NCBI GenBank assembly: GCA_963803435.1
Contig: CAWDML010000003.1
Coordinates: 800,001-864,000 of the forward strand
DNA length: 64,000 nt
Direction: 5' to 3'
Source: an uncultured delta proteobacterium
Lineage (GTDB): Bacteria > Myxococcota > Kuafuiibacteriia > Kuafuiibacteriales > Kuafuiibacteriaceae
Part shown: piece by piece, positions 1-12,321 of the stretch
Layout of the letters: each line of letters begins with the position of its first letter
How positions within the stretch are numbered: the stretch's first letter is position 1
The notes under the pieces: model-generated
What the model saw: only the letters and a program-made list of their open reading frames with translations
What the model was told of the DNA's origin: nothing
The model's database searches: none
Translations under genes and position numbers: made by a program

Positions 1-253
1 AGTTTCACAACGAGTACATCGAATCCGAAGCCCGCTGGTGCACGCGCACACGTCACGCCGAATCCGAGCAAGGCGAAGAAGGCCCCGCCTTCGTCGAGGC
101 CACACGCTGTACCGGTCGCGCAGGCCGGTGGCCGGGGGCGCTCCAAGGGGGGCGTGCGCGTCTCCGAGTCCGTCCACGAACGGCAGTCGCAACCGCAGCC
201 GTCCGATGAGAGCTCCGGGCCGGACACGGAGGATCAGCCGACGTCGCTGACGA

Positions 254-1123
254 TCACGGGCTCTGGTTGACGCACCCTTCGACGCGAAGGCCGGCGTCGC
301 ATTGATAGAAGAACCCGAAGCGCGCGTTCCACCAGTAGACGGACTCGATACCGACTCCGACTCCGATGGGCTGGGACGGACACAGATTGATGTCGGTCTC
401 CGGATCACCGTAGAAGACGCCCAGAAAGCGACCCTCGGCGAACTGGGGATCGAGGAGATAGATCCGTGCAACCTGTCGATCCCCTTCCATGAGTCGTACG
501 TTCGCGCCGAGCCATCCGTGGGTGGGATCGGTGATGTTGAGTCGATCGTGCTCGGGGATGGGGGGCGGCGTCCAACTCTCGCTCGAGGTCACGACCCAGA
601 GGGAGGCCATCGAGGTGTCCCGCGGACAGGCGCGCGCGGCGCAGCGGCCCACCATGCAGATCACGTCCGACTCGCAGTCACCGCAGCTCCCGCCGCAGCC
701 GTCGTCGCCGCAGTCCTTGCCTGCGCAGTCGGGAGTACACGATTGAAGCGAGAGATCGATGCGTTGTGCCCGATCGACCAGCACGCGGCAAGGTGCGCTC
801 TGCGAGACGCTCCGGCAGTCACCGCTCCAGGTGGTGCGGTACGTACCTGCCAGAGTATGGGTGACCTCAACTCGCTCGCCCAATGGAACCGAGAACGTGC
901 AGCTGTCCCTCCCGCCGGCGGCGAGCTGGGCGATCGTGCACTCGTCGGAGAATGTGCCCGCAACCGAGTGAACGGCGATGCTCAGGTTCGTCAGGTCGGC
1001 GCTGGACTCGACGTCGACGGCGAACGGGCAAGCCGTATCGCAGGTATTCTCCTCGACGATCGGATCGCCGGAACAGGCCGAGGCCCAAATGACGACCAGA
1101 GACAGCGGCATCCTACGCATCAA
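254..1123 (-). CDS. Cys-rich putative lipoprotein
   Basis: Lipobox-like WASAC after hydrophobic N-terminus; WSGDC Ig/InlB-B-like motif; repeat CTPDCAGKDCGDDGCGGSCGDC. Confidence 0.7.
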   Translation of the reverse strand: MMRRMPLSLVVIWASACSGDPIVEENTCDTACPFAVDVESSADLTNLSIAVHSVAGTFSDECTIAQLAAGGRDSCTFSVPLGERVEVTHTLAGTYRTTWSGDCRSVSQSAPCRVLVDRAQRIDLSLQSCTPDCAGKDCGDDGCGGSCGDCESDVICMVGRCAARACPRDTSMASLWVVTSSESWTPPPIPEHDRLNITDPTHGWLGANVRLMEGDRQVARIYLLDPQFAEGRFLGVFYGDPETDINLCPSQPIGVGVGIESVYWWNARFGFFYQCDAGLRVEGCVNQSP

Positions 1124-1171
1124 CCCCGATCATAGCAGGAGCATCCGCCCGGCCTCGACAGTGCTCGCCGT

Positions 1172-2497
1172 ATGGTACGGTACGCCCGGAGGTTGTTCGC
1201 AGTGAGGACTCGGTCTCAGCTTGGCTGTTGCCTGCTAACGGCGCTGGTCTCCAGCTGTCAGGAGAGGAGCCGTCCGCCGGAGTCGCCGCCGCCCCCGCCG
1301 AGCACCAAGCTGCCCGTCACGGGATCGGCCACCTCCACGAGCACACGCACGCAGACTGCGCAGTCCAACTGGTATCGCGGCGTCGTGAAGAAGGGCGATG
1401 AAGAAGTGCCGTTCTTCACCCGGCTCCCGCCGGACGGTGCGGCGCTGGTGGTCAACGGGCCCGAGCATCTCGATGCGAAGGTCGTCTGGTCCGGCGAGCA
1501 CCTCACGATCCACGTGGCGGCGTACGCGACGCGGATCGAGGCGGACCGCCAGAAGGACGGCACGCTCGTCGGGATGTGGACGAACCAGCACACGAGAACA
1601 GCGATCCCGTTCGAAGCCCGTCCTGTCCCGGGGCCGGATCAAGAGCTGCGTTTTCCTCCCGTGGCAGACACGGGCGCAAAGCGGGCCGACTTCTCCGGTA
1701 TCTGGAAGCTGGACGTCGACGACTATGGGCCCGGGAAGGCCGTCTTCGAACAGGGCGCCGATGGCACCGTGGTGGGGACGCTGGTCGTGTCGAGGTTCGG
1801 TGATCTTCGATGGCTGAGTGGCCGCGTTGACGGTCAGCTGCTCCGGCTCTCCGTGTTCGACGGCATCCATGCCTATGTGGTCCGGGCGCAGATGGACGAT
1901 CAGGGACGATTGAGCGGAGCCTGGATCGATCCCACCGGCTACGCGGGGAGCCCGATCGGCGGGACTCGCTCCAAAGACTTCGACGTGGGAACCGCAGACT
2001 CCAATCAAGGGAGCGGGAAGCGACTCTCACTGCCGGCGCTCGACCGTCCCGAGTTTGCGGGCAAGCCGATGCTCGTGGATATCTTCGGGACCTGGTGTCC
2101 GGCCTGCATGGACTCCGCGCCGTTCCTCGTCGAGCTCAGCGCACAGTATCGGCCGCGCGGACTGGAGATGTTGAGCGTCGCCTTCGAGCACGAGGACGCC
2201 GATACCAACCGATCTCAGGTCGAGAAGTTCAAGAAGAGGTATGGCGTTACGTGGCCGGTAGAGATCGCCTACGCACCCTCGCTCGAGGACATGGCCGCGG
2301 CGATGCCGAAGGAGATCATGCCGGTGGAGAGCTTTCCGATCGCGATCTTCCTCGACAGGAAGCACGAGATCCGCGCCGTGCACGCCGGCTTTACCGGACC
2401 GGCCTCGGGTGCCGAGCACCAGCGGTTGAGGAAACACTGGAGGGCGCTCCTGGAGGAGCTCCTGGCCCCTGAGACCGCGACTTCAGGTCGCCGATGA
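1172..2497 (+). CDS. TlpA/ResA-family thiol-disulfide oxidoreductase lipoprotein with N-terminal beta-rich domains
   Basis: DIFGTWCPACMD CxxC motif, ESFP cis-Pro motif, lipobox LVSSC. Confidence 0.85.
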   Translation: MVRYARRLFAVRTRSQLGCCLLTALVSSCQERSRPPESPPPPPSTKLPVTGSATSTSTRTQTAQSNWYRGVVKKGDEEVPFFTRLPPDGAALVVNGPEHLDAKVVWSGEHLTIHVAAYATRIEADRQKDGTLVGMWTNQHTRTAIPFEARPVPGPDQELRFPPVADTGAKRADFSGIWKLDVDDYGPGKAVFEQGADGTVVGTLVVSRFGDLRWLSGRVDGQLLRLSVFDGIHAYVVRAQMDDQGRLSGAWIDPTGYAGSPIGGTRSKDFDVGTADSNQGSGKRLSLPALDRPEFAGKPMLVDIFGTWCPACMDSAPFLVELSAQYRPRGLEMLSVAFEHEDADTNRSQVEKFKKRYGVTWPVEIAYAPSLEDMAAAMPKEIMPVESFPIAIFLDRKHEIRAVHAGFTGPASGAEHQRLRKHWRALLEELLAPETATSGRR

Positions 2498-2541
2498 CGG
2501 ACCCGCGTCCTCCCATCGGAGCAAGGCGCGTGGACACGAGG

Positions 2542-5223
<2,682 letters not shown>

Positions 5224-5245
5224 TCTCGTTCGGTGTAGCGGGCCT

Positions 5246-6085
5246 ATGACTTCGGGGCAACATCGGTTGGGGGTGACCACTTCGTACCATCCGAAGCCGC
5301 ACCACGTCGTCCGGGCGGAGGCGGTGGCGCGGCGCTGCGGTGCGCCCTACCTGGTGAGAACGCGCGCGCTCGACACGGTGTTTGCGCCCGGCCGGATCGA
5401 TCTCTTGTACGTGATCTCCCGCCGGCGCGAAGAGCTCCGCGCGCCCGACGCCCACATCTTCGTGCACGCCGGGATGATCAAGCTGAAGGTGAAGCCGGGG
5501 AAGCAGCACCCGATCTGTCGTGCGATCGCACCGGAGGGCGCACCTCCGGTCACGCGCATCGTCGACGCGACCATGGGGCTCGCCGGCGACGCCATCCAGC
5601 TCTCGATCGTCCTCGGTCTGGAGGTCGAAGGGATTGAGGTCTCGCCCGTGATGTGCTGTCTGCTCGAGGAGGGCTTCGATCGTCTGTCACGGGAGACGCC
5701 GCGGAAGTGGCGCGACGCGTTCTCTCGGCTGTCGGTCACCGAGGGACGGGCGGCCGAGGTCCTCGCGACCATGCCGGCGGGAAGCCGTCCGGTCGTGTAC
5801 TTCGATCCGATGTTCGCGACGCCGCGGGAGGCGGCCGCCGGCTTCGACGTGTTCCGGCGCGTCGCCGAGCACGCGCCCCTCGACGCGCGCACCCTCGCCG
5901 AGGCGGTCCGCGTGGCGTCGGACCGCGTGGTCGTGAAGGTGGCCCACGGCGAGCGCGCCACCGCCGAGGTTTCTCCCGGGTACAACCGGAGGGTCTGCGG
6001 CATCGCCTTCGACTATCTCATCGTCGAGAAAGCGCTTCCTCACCCCGAGTGGGAGCGCCGGCGCCTGCCCGCGGGTCACTACTGA
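5246..6085 (+). CDS. Class I SAM-dependent methyltransferase, RsmJ/SAM_MT-like
   Basis: IVDATMGLAGDA SAM-binding motif and VVYFDPMF motif; start uncertain. Confidence 0.75.
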   Translation: MTSGQHRLGVTTSYHPKPHHVVRAEAVARRCGAPYLVRTRALDTVFAPGRIDLLYVISRRREELRAPDAHIFVHAGMIKLKVKPGKQHPICRAIAPEGAPPVTRIVDATMGLAGDAIQLSIVLGLEVEGIEVSPVMCCLLEEGFDRLSRETPRKWRDAFSRLSVTEGRAAEVLATMPAGSRPVVYFDPMFATPREAAAGFDVFRRVAEHAPLDARTLAEAVRVASDRVVVKVAHGERATAEVSPGYNRRVCGIAFDYLIVEKALPHPEWERRRLPAGHY

Positions 6086-6143
6086 GGCCGCCTCCGGCAG
6101 TTGTCACTCGACAGCGCCCGGAAGCTCGACTACCGCGCCAAGT

Positions 6144-7544
6144 GTGGTCGCTCTGCCAGTCCACACCCGTGCGTTCAGGGTGCGGCGCTTCCTCAACTGG
6201 TTCCCGCTCGGTCTCGCATACGCGTTTCTCTACATGGGGCGCTACAACCTGACCGTCGCCAAGAACGCGCTCGGCGACCTCATGACCAAGGCCGACTTCG
6301 GCGACATCTTCGGGGTGGGCGCGATCGTCTACGGCCTGGCGTTCATCATCAACGGACCGCTCACGGACCGCATGGGCGGCCGCTTCTCGATGCTGCTCGG
6401 CGTCATGGGCGCCTTCGTCTCGAACCTCCTGATGGGCCTCGCGCTCTACGGCATCCACTTCTGGGGACTGCACCTCCCCATCCTCTGGACCTTCCTGCCG
6501 CTCTACGCGCTCAACATGTACTTCCAGAGCTTCGGCGCCGTCGCGATCGTGACCACCAAGGCGCCTTGGTTCCACGTCCGCGAGCGCGGCACCTTCTCCA
6601 CGATCTTCGGCGTGATGATCTCGCTCGGGATCTACTTCGCGTTCGACTGGGGCTTCGCGATCACGACGGCCACGCGCGCGCATCGCGATCCGAACATGGA
6701 CCTGGTCGCGCGCATGTTCGACGCGCTGATCCCCGGCGGAGGGCAGGGCGTCGACGAGAACTGGTGGCTGTTCTTCGTCCCCGCCCTCATTCTGCTGGTC
6801 CTCTGGATCATCCTGTTCCTGTGGCTCCGCAACAGCCCCGCCGAGGCCGGCTACGAGAACTTCGACACCGGCGAGGCCTCCATCTCCGACGACGGCGAGC
6901 GGCTGCCGGCGTCCCAGATCTTTCTCAAGATTGTCCGCCACCCGGTGCTGCTGGTGATCTGCGGGATCGAGTTCTGCAGCGGCGTGCTGCGGAACGGGAT
7001 CATGCACTGGTACACGTTCTTCGCCCAGCAGACCGGCTTCACCAAGGACTTCGTCGTCACGAACAACTGGGGCCTCACGCTCTTGATCGCCGGGGTCGCG
7101 GGCGCCTTCCTCACCGGCTGGGCGTCGGACCGCTTCTTCGAGAGCCGGCGCGCCCCGATGGCCGCCATCTTGTACGTGGCGATGCTGATCTCGGTGGTGG
7201 TCATGTGCTTCACGCTCACCGCGAACCCCTGGTTCGTCGGCGTCGCCGCCATCACCGTTTCGCTGAGCGTGATCGGCGTTCACGGGATCATGTCGGGCAC
7301 CTCGACGGTCGACTTCGGCGGCACCAAGAACGGCGGCGCCGCGGTCGGCATGGTCGACGGCCTGGTCTATCTCGGCACCGCCACGCAATCCCTGGCAGCG
7401 GGCTACATGACGCCCGCAGGGGACGCGGCCAAGGATCCCAGCAACTGGATCGGATGGCCCGTGTTTCTGATCCCGTTCGCCGTGATCGGCCTGCTGCTCT
7501 CGATCAAGATCTGGGGCGCGCTCCCGCACCGCGCTCGCCGTTGA
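6144..7544 (+). CDS. MFS transporter, GlpT/UhpT (organophosphate:Pi antiporter) like
   Basis: About 12 hydrophobic segments; YAFLYMGRYNL, GPLTDRMGGR, PWFHVRERG, GWASDRFF motifs. Confidence 0.85.
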   Translation: MVALPVHTRAFRVRRFLNWFPLGLAYAFLYMGRYNLTVAKNALGDLMTKADFGDIFGVGAIVYGLAFIINGPLTDRMGGRFSMLLGVMGAFVSNLLMGLALYGIHFWGLHLPILWTFLPLYALNMYFQSFGAVAIVTTKAPWFHVRERGTFSTIFGVMISLGIYFAFDWGFAITTATRAHRDPNMDLVARMFDALIPGGGQGVDENWWLFFVPALILLVLWIILFLWLRNSPAEAGYENFDTGEASISDDGERLPASQIFLKIVRHPVLLVICGIEFCSGVLRNGIMHWYTFFAQQTGFTKDFVVTNNWGLTLLIAGVAGAFLTGWASDRFFESRRAPMAAILYVAMLISVVVMCFTLTANPWFVGVAAITVSLSVIGVHGIMSGTSTVDFGGTKNGGAAVGMVDGLVYLGTATQSLAAGYMTPAGDAAKDPSNWIGWPVFLIPFAVIGLLLSIKIWGALPHRARR

Positions 7545-7884
7545 CCGGTCGGCAGGGCTCGAGGATCCGGACGTCGCTCGTGATCGACGAGCTCCTGGCG
7601 GCGCTGAGCGGCGCGGTCAGACGCGCGAACCGCTGCGACACGTAGGTCTGCATCAGCGCGTTGCAGCGCTCGGCCGCGGCCTGCGGATCGCGCCCCTTCA
7701 CCCCCACGTCGACGATCGAGGTGGAGCCCCGCCGGGTGACGATCAGGTCCTCCGGGCTGAGCCTCCTCAGTACCTCGATCTCCGTGGTGATCATGTGGTT
7801 CTGCTCGAAGACGATCGCGCCCCGGGCCGCGGGCTCGCGGCTACAGCCGAGGAGCACGATGATCGTGAGCAGGGCCCAGCGCAC
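7504..7884 (-). CDS. Small lipoprotein resembling a Wzz/Wzc periplasmic-domain fragment
   Basis: C-terminal part of track ORF 7504..9015; GTG start just after porin stop; lipobox LLGC; SIVDVGVKGRDPQAAAERCNALMQTY and DVRILEP. Confidence 0.55.
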   Translation of the reverse strand: MRWALLTIIVLLGCSREPAARGAIVFEQNHMITTEIEVLRRLSPEDLIVTRRGSTSIVDVGVKGRDPQAAAERCNALMQTYVSQRFARLTAPLSAARSSSITSDVRILEPCRPVNGERGAGARPRS

Positions 7885-7886
7885 GC

Positions 7887-9464
7887 TCAGAACCGGAACT
7901 GGACCTCGAGCCTGAGCTCGCCGGTGTGCGTGTCCTCCTCGCCCTGGTTGGCGGCCTCGATGAAGTCGTCGGTGTAGAGCAGCGTGGCGAGGCCGGTGTT
8001 CCGCCAGATGTAGACGTGGAGGGCGACGCGCCACTGGAACTCGTCGACGAGCCGCCGGAGGTCGGTGGGGAGCGGATTGGGCGGGTTCACGAAGTCGGTG
8101 GCCTTGAAGCCGCCGAAGTCGCCGGCGAGCATCACCCACTTGGGGATGACCAGGAAGCCGAGCTGGAGGTTGTACGAGTACTGCCAGGTCTTGAACTCGA
8201 GCTCGCGCTTCACGTAGCCCTCCGCGGCCGCCACCACGCGCCACCAGCGGAAGAGGACGTTGACGTTGGCGGCGGGGAAGCGCTCGAAGGCCCGCTGGTC
8301 GTAGCGGGCCCCAGCGTACAGCGTCAGCGCCGCCGGGACCTCGGTGTAGAGGAAGCGCGTGTCCCAACGGTCGAAGCGGCCGACCAGGTAGAGCGCCGCC
8401 TGGGCCCCGCCGCCCCAGGTGAAGTTCGGATCGTCGGTGTTGAAGAACCGGCCGCCGATGTTGCCGTTGAACTGGCCCAATCCGCCGGCCAGGAAGACGC
8501 GGTAGTCGAGCAGGCCGCGGACCAGCGGACCGTAGAACTCGACCGCGGCCCCGTTGCCCTGCTCGAAGGCGTTGAACAGGTAGAACGGCGGATCGAGGAG
8601 GATGTGCTTCGACACCGAGAGGACCTGAGCGTTGGAGAGGCCGCCTCCGCCGCTGTTGAAGTTGATGTAGTGGCCGCCGCCGATCGGCATGGAGAAGAAG
8701 GCGAAGGTCAGGCGCGGCGTGCGGTCGAACCGTCCGCTGATCAGGAAGAAGCTGTCCTGCAGGAACGGGATGGGGCCGAAGGTGCGGATCTGGAGCCGGT
8801 TGAAGAGTGTGTCGAACTTGCCGTTCCCGAAGCCCTCCTTCGTCGAGTCGGCGAGACCGCTGTAGGTCGCCGTGTAGTTGCTGGCGATGTGGGCCGCCAC
8901 CGAGAAGCGCACGCCGGGGGTGCCGCGGCAGACCGTCACGTCGGGATCGAAGCGGCAGCCGAAGTCCTCGCAGTCGATCTTGCCGTCGCCGTCGTTGTCG
9001 ATGCCGTCCGAGCACGTGAACTCGTTCCGCTCACCGTCGGCGTCAGAGCCCTTACCGATCAGGTCCTCGACGGTCATCCCTTCGCCGAGCTGAGGAATGT
9101 CGAGCGAATCCGGGTTCCCGCTGTCGGGGCCCCGCTTGACCGTACCCGATCCCTCGAGCCCGCCCTCCCAGGAGCCGCGGCACACGGTGACCGCATCGCT
9201 CTGACAGTCGACGTCGTCGCAATCCGTCTCGCCGTCGTTGTCGTTGTCGATCCAGTCGCTGCACAGCGTGTTGTTGTTCTCGAGACCGCCCGCCGACTTG
9301 CACGCCGGCGTGTTCCAGCAGTCGGCGTCGGCACAATCGATCAGCGCGTCGCCGTCGTCGTCGATCTTGTTGCCGCAGTCCGTTTCCGTTTTTTCCTGAG
9401 CCCACGCCGGCGCCGCCATCAAGATGATCGCGATCCCCGCGGCCGCTCCCCACTGTCTACTCAC
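7887..9464 (-). CDS. Outer-membrane beta-barrel (porin-like) with three N-terminal Asp/Cys repeats
   Basis: Signal peptide (PAWA-Q); three C-x-D-x-I-D-[ND]-D-x-D-G-x-x-D-C-type repeats; amphipathic strands; C-terminal beta-signal LEVQFRF. Confidence 0.75.
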   Translation of the reverse strand: MSRQWGAAAGIAIILMAAPAWAQEKTETDCGNKIDDDGDALIDCADADCWNTPACKSAGGLENNNTLCSDWIDNDNDGETDCDDVDCQSDAVTVCRGSWEGGLEGSGTVKRGPDSGNPDSLDIPQLGEGMTVEDLIGKGSDADGERNEFTCSDGIDNDGDGKIDCEDFGCRFDPDVTVCRGTPGVRFSVAAHIASNYTATYSGLADSTKEGFGNGKFDTLFNRLQIRTFGPIPFLQDSFFLISGRFDRTPRLTFAFFSMPIGGGHYINFNSGGGGLSNAQVLSVSKHILLDPPFYLFNAFEQGNGAAVEFYGPLVRGLLDYRVFLAGGLGQFNGNIGGRFFNTDDPNFTWGGGAQAALYLVGRFDRWDTRFLYTEVPAALTLYAGARYDQRAFERFPAANVNVLFRWWRVVAAAEGYVKRELEFKTWQYSYNLQLGFLVIPKWVMLAGDFGGFKATDFVNPPNPLPTDLRRLVDEFQWRVALHVYIWRNTGLATLLYTDDFIEAANQGEEDTHTGELRLEVQFRF

Positions 9465-10731
9465 AGACCCTCGCTCCCATGCACAGCGTCACCAACGGGT
9501 TCCAGCTGCAGTCCCAATCTGCGCAGTCGACGAAACCATCCTGGTCGTTGTCGATCCCGTCGCTGCAGTTGATGTTCGCTTGCTCGGCCGTTCCTGCGCT
9601 CTCCTGGCAAGCCTGTTGCACGATCGGGTCGGTCGCCTGCGAGCAGGAGAAGTCGTCGCAGTCCGTGAACCCATTCCCGTCGTTGTCGATCCCGTCCTTG
9701 CACTTCTCGAACGTGTTCTCGAGGAGCAGGGCGCAGCGACCCGAGATCTCCGGATCCGGGTTCTGGGAGCAGGAGAAGTCGGCGCAGTCGGCGTACCCGT
9801 TCAGATCGTTGTCGATGCCGTCGAAGCACTTGTCGATCGTCGTCTCGGTGACCGCCGCGCAGTAGTCGAGGATCTCTTGGTTGGTGCTCTGCGAGCAGGA
9901 TCGGTCGGCGCAGTCGGTGTAGCCGTTGTTGTCATTGTCGAGGCCGTCGCTGCACTTTTCGAGGGTGGCCTCCAGGATGCTGCTGCAGTAGTCGAGGATC
10001 TCCTGGTTGGCGCTGCGCGAGCAGCCGAAGTCGTTGCAGTCCTTGAACGTGTTGCCGTCGTTGTCGAGGCCGTCCATGCACGCTTCCAGCGTGTTCTCGG
10101 GGGTCACGCAGCCGAGCCGCCCGGCGCAGGTGGGATCGTCGCAATCGGTCCGGTTGTCGCCGTTGTCGTCGATGCCGTTCTGACAGTCGCTCTCGATGCA
10201 AGGGCTCAGAGCCTTGCAATCGCTGTCGTCGCAATCGGTGTCGCCGTCGCCGTCGTTGTCCCGGCCGTCGCTGCAGGTCTCGTCAGTGTTCTCCACGCAG
10301 ACGGTCACGAACTTGCCGCGGCGGCAGTTGAAGTCCTCGCAGTCGACGAACCCGTTGCCGTCGTTGTCGATCCCGTCGGAGCAGGCCACGTTGTCGAACT
10401 CGCGGCTGCAGCAGAGCTCCGGGATCGACTGGCATTTGCGATCACCGCAGTCGAACTGGCCGTTCTCGTCGTTGTCGATCTGATCGCGGCACAGCTCGTA
10501 GGTGTCCTCGCGCTCCTTGAAGAGCACGGGCGGGATGTACTCGCCGCACAGCGTAGACGACCGCAGGCAGTCCGGATCGGCGCAGTCGATGAATCCGTCG
10601 CGGTCGTTGTCGACGCCGTCGTTGCAGTGGAAGTCGTCGTTCTCGTAGCCCAGGACGGGCACCGCAGGATGCTCGTAGCAGGCCGAGAGCAGCGACAGGA
10701 CCAGCAGCGCCGGCGGGAGGGTTCGCATCAC
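9457..10731 (-). CDS. Lipoprotein made of ten Asp/Cys-rich putative metal-binding repeats
   Basis: Lipobox LLSAC; ten repeats such as CSDGIDNDGNGFVDCEDFNC. Confidence 0.85.
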   Translation of the reverse strand: MMRTLPPALLVLSLLSACYEHPAVPVLGYENDDFHCNDGVDNDRDGFIDCADPDCLRSSTLCGEYIPPVLFKEREDTYELCRDQIDNDENGQFDCGDRKCQSIPELCCSREFDNVACSDGIDNDGNGFVDCEDFNCRRGKFVTVCVENTDETCSDGRDNDGDGDTDCDDSDCKALSPCIESDCQNGIDDNGDNRTDCDDPTCAGRLGCVTPENTLEACMDGLDNDGNTFKDCNDFGCSRSANQEILDYCSSILEATLEKCSDGLDNDNNGYTDCADRSCSQSTNQEILDYCAAVTETTIDKCFDGIDNDLNGYADCADFSCSQNPDPEISGRCALLLENTFEKCKDGIDNDGNGFTDCDDFSCSQATDPIVQQACQESAGTAEQANINCSDGIDNDQDGFVDCADWDCSWNPLVTLCMGARVCE

Positions 10732-11690
10732 TTGAGGCAGTCCGCGCGGGAGGTGCCGTAGCGGTTGTCGAACGCGACGTACAGACCGCAGCTCCCGATC
10801 TCGCTGGTGCCGTCGCCGAGCTTTCCGGCGTCCACCATCGCCTTGAGCTTGCGTTCGAGACCCTCGGCGAGCTTGGCGTCGTCCACGCCGCCGAAGTAGC
10901 CCAGCCAGGCGAAGTCTCCGACGACCTGCTCGAGCTTCTTGTCACCCAGCTGCAGCGCTGGTCCGCCAATCTCGGGATCGACGATCAGCTCCTCGACGGC
11001 CTCCTTGACCTGGCTCTCCGAGACCTTGTTCTCCTCGCGGCAGACCCACTCACACTCTCCATAGCTCTTGTCGTGCTGCCACTTGGCGGAGTGTCCGTCG
11101 CGGGTGGAGACCAGGCGGTTGTAGGTCCTGCCGTCGCCGCCGCCGCCCTCGGCGGCGGAGTGCAGCGACGTGATGATGTAGTGCGGCACGCCGTGCGCCC
11201 ACATGCCGCGCTTGTGCTCGATGGCGTCCTGCTGCGCCGCCACCAGATCCGGATCGCCCGGCGCGTAGTCGACCGAGAGCGCGTGCGCGAAGCCCCGGCG
11301 GATGTGGTCGATCCCGAGATCCTTGCAGAACCAGAGCACGCGCCCGTAGCTGTCGGTGGCGAAGTCCTTCGACTCGCAGTGCCAGACCCCGCGGCGCGCG
11401 TTGAGCGTGGCCAGCTTGGCGTTGTAGTAGAGCTCCTTGGGCTTCCAGGTGCCCCAGCGGTGCACCCCGCCGAAGGACTCGAGCGTGTTGAACCCGGCGA
11501 GCCGCGCGCGCATGCCCTTGTGCGGGCCGGCCAGCACGCGGAAGGTGTCACCGTCGTTGAAGTACACGGGCGCCGGGACGCCGTTGAGGTAGACCTTGGT
11601 GGCCGCCTCCTGCCCGAGCGCAGGGGAAGCCGCAAGCAGCAGCAGACAGAGTGTGGTCGCTCGCCCCAGCATCGATGCGGCGCCATCCAA
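10728..11690 (-). CDS. Secreted thermonuclease (SNase family) with C-terminal extension
   Basis: Signal peptide; DGDTFRV, RARLAGFNTLE, DSYGRVL, KRGMW SNase motifs. Confidence 0.8.
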   Translation of the reverse strand: MDGAASMLGRATTLCLLLLAASPALGQEAATKVYLNGVPAPVYFNDGDTFRVLAGPHKGMRARLAGFNTLESFGGVHRWGTWKPKELYYNAKLATLNARRGVWHCESKDFATDSYGRVLWFCKDLGIDHIRRGFAHALSVDYAPGDPDLVAAQQDAIEHKRGMWAHGVPHYIITSLHSAAEGGGGDGRTYNRLVSTRDGHSAKWQHDKSYGECEWVCREENKVSESQVKEAVEELIVDPEIGGPALQLGDKKLEQVVGDFAWLGYFGGVDDAKLAEGLERKLKAMVDAGKLGDGTSEIGSCGLYVAFDNRYGTSRADCLK

Positions 11691-11744
11691 GATGACGAGC
11701 GGGATGCTGTCAACCGAGGGTCAGACGATATGCTGATGCCTGCC

Positions 11745-12320
11745 ATGGAGATCCTCCTCGCCAGCACGTCGCCGTACCGGAGGGCCCAGCTCGAGCGGAT
11801 CGGCCTGTCCGTCCACACGATCCCTCCCGGCGTGGACGAGGACGCGGTGAAGACGCAGGGCCTGACGCCGCGGGGCCTGGCCGAGCAGCTGTCCTTCGAG
11901 AAGGCCCTCCGGGTGGCGAAGGTGGCGCCGGAGGCGATCGTCATCGGCGGCGATCAGCTGGTGGAGATCGACGGCCGGGTGCTGGGAAAGCCCGGCACCG
12001 TCGAAGCCGCTGTAGAGCAGCTGACCCTGTTGTCCGGCAGGATGCACACGCTCCTCACCGCGATCACCGTCATCCGCGGCGCGGATCGTCTCCGGCACAC
12101 CGACGTCACGCGGCTGACCCTGCGGACGCTCTCGCGGGAGGCGATCGAGCGCTACGTCGAGGCCGATCGACCGTTCGACTGCGCGGGCGCGTACAAGCTC
12201 GAATCCCGCGGGATCGTCCTGGTCGAGCGGATCGAGTCCGAGGACCACTCGGCGATCACCGGGATCCCGCTGATCGCGCTGGTCTCGATCCTGCGCAAGT
12301 TGGGTTGCGAGATTCCGTGA
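11745..12320 (+). CDS. maf: Maf-family nucleoside triphosphate pyrophosphatase
   Basis: ILLASTSPYRR, VIGGDQLV, VLGKP, DCAGAYKLE motifs. Confidence 0.9.
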   Translation: MEILLASTSPYRRAQLERIGLSVHTIPPGVDEDAVKTQGLTPRGLAEQLSFEKALRVAKVAPEAIVIGGDQLVEIDGRVLGKPGTVEAAVEQLTLLSGRMHTLLTAITVIRGADRLRHTDVTRLTLRTLSREAIERYVEADRPFDCAGAYKLESRGIVLVERIESEDHSAITGIPLIALVSILRKLGCEIP

Positions 12321-12321
12321 T

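Noticed and set aside
1-250. Short ORF 38..250
   Set aside because: Arg-rich low-complexity translation with no motif; the window edge prevents assignment
9457-10731. Repeated gtcgttgtcgat-like DNA motifs suggesting a CRISPR array
   Set aside because: Degenerate in-frame repeats encoding DG.DND protein units; no constant repeat-spacer structure and no cas genes
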